Positions 63,341 to 64,000 of a DNA stretch of 64,000 nucleotides are shown piece after piece. This DNA is from Mobula birostris (lineage: Eukaryota): positions 105,584,230 through 105,648,229 of the forward strand of contig NC_092376.1 in the NCBI RefSeq assembly GCF_030028105.1, read 5' to 3'. The stretch's first letter is position 1, and every line of letters begins with the position of its first letter. The notes under the pieces are model-generated. The model saw nothing but the letters and a program-made list of their open reading frames with translations, made no database searches and was not told where the DNA came from. A program made the translations under genes and the position numbers.

Positions 63341-63669
63341 AGCACATTGTGGCAACTAGTGATTGCTTAACTTAGTTCTACTCATAGCTTGATACAGATA
63401 TGTTTGTGAGAATTAGATCAATATTGGGTACACTTTCTCCACTGTTCTCTGGAGACACATGCACTATGACTTGTCAGAAATGCTCTTCCTTGGTTTTTCC
63501 AGATGAAATGCTCCGACGATGGTTCATATGGTTCCAACACAGCAATCTAGGCCAGAATATAGAAGGAGTTTCATTGGGAAAACAGCAGTTTAACTTTCGA
63601 GTGAAAGTGGAAATAAGAAGCCAATGCACTTTAGTAATTATCCAGTTTCTAGCTTCAAGGGAAAAGATC

Positions 63670-64000
63670 TCGAGTACTGTGCTCAATTCTGGTCGCCTCA
63701 CTACAGGAAGGACGTGGAAACATAAAAAGGGTGCAGAGGAGATTTACAAGAATGTTTCCCGGATTGGGGAACATGCTTTATGAGAATAGGTTGAGTGAAC
63801 TCGGCCTTTTCTCCTTGCAGCGACAGAGGATGAGAGGTGACCTGATCGAGGTGTATAAGATGATGAGGGGCATTGATCGTGTGGATAGCCAGAGGCTTTT
63901 TCCCAGGACTGAAATGGCTATCAAGAGAGGGCATAGTTTTAAGGTGCTTGGACGTAGGTACAGAGGAGATGTCAGGGGTAAGTTTTTTACGCAGAGAGTG
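63670..64000 (+). mobile_element. Young CR1 LINE 3' fragment running off the window
   Basis: Near-identical to 35760-36090 and 43404-43670. Confidence 0.9.

Noticed and set aside
1-64000. Prokaryotic-type systems (CRISPR, operons, defence islands)
   Set aside because: The sequence is vertebrate intronic DNA; RT and nuclease fragments are all accounted for by known retroelement clades

Overview
Repeat-rich vertebrate genomic DNA, most likely from a cartilaginous fish (ray or shark), inferred from HER1-like CR1 LINEs, HE1/V-SINEs and Deu-domain SINEs. The only host coding sequence I can support is one large minus-strand exon (ATG 14245 to splice donor 13038) encoding an INSYN2B/FAM196B-type protein. 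In mammals INSYN2 genes lie antisense inside a DOCK1/DOCK2 intron, so the window is probably intronic for a plus-strand DOCK gene, although I found no DOCK exon. Almost all other ORF-track entries are transposon remnants or noise. The elements present are many CR1 LINEs, Rex1/Babar LINEs, a Tx1/L1 relic, two Gypsy LTR relics, several SINE families and numerous Penelope-like elements (PLEs) carrying minimal hammerhead ribozymes. I see no CRISPR, rRNA or genuine tRNA genes, and no new protein-coding system. The best leads are: (i) a recurrent fold-back architecture of PLE insertions from 3.7 kb down to 160-230 bp, with a hammerhead, one tailed and one tail-less arm, and 11-14 bp TSDs; (ii) a 114-bp end closely resembling the Sleeping Beauty right IR/DR, a horizontal-transfer candidate; (iii) apparent template-switch chimeras between LINE families. 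Repeat boundaries were read by eye and are approximate unless a TSD is quoted; family names come from recalled motifs, not database searches.
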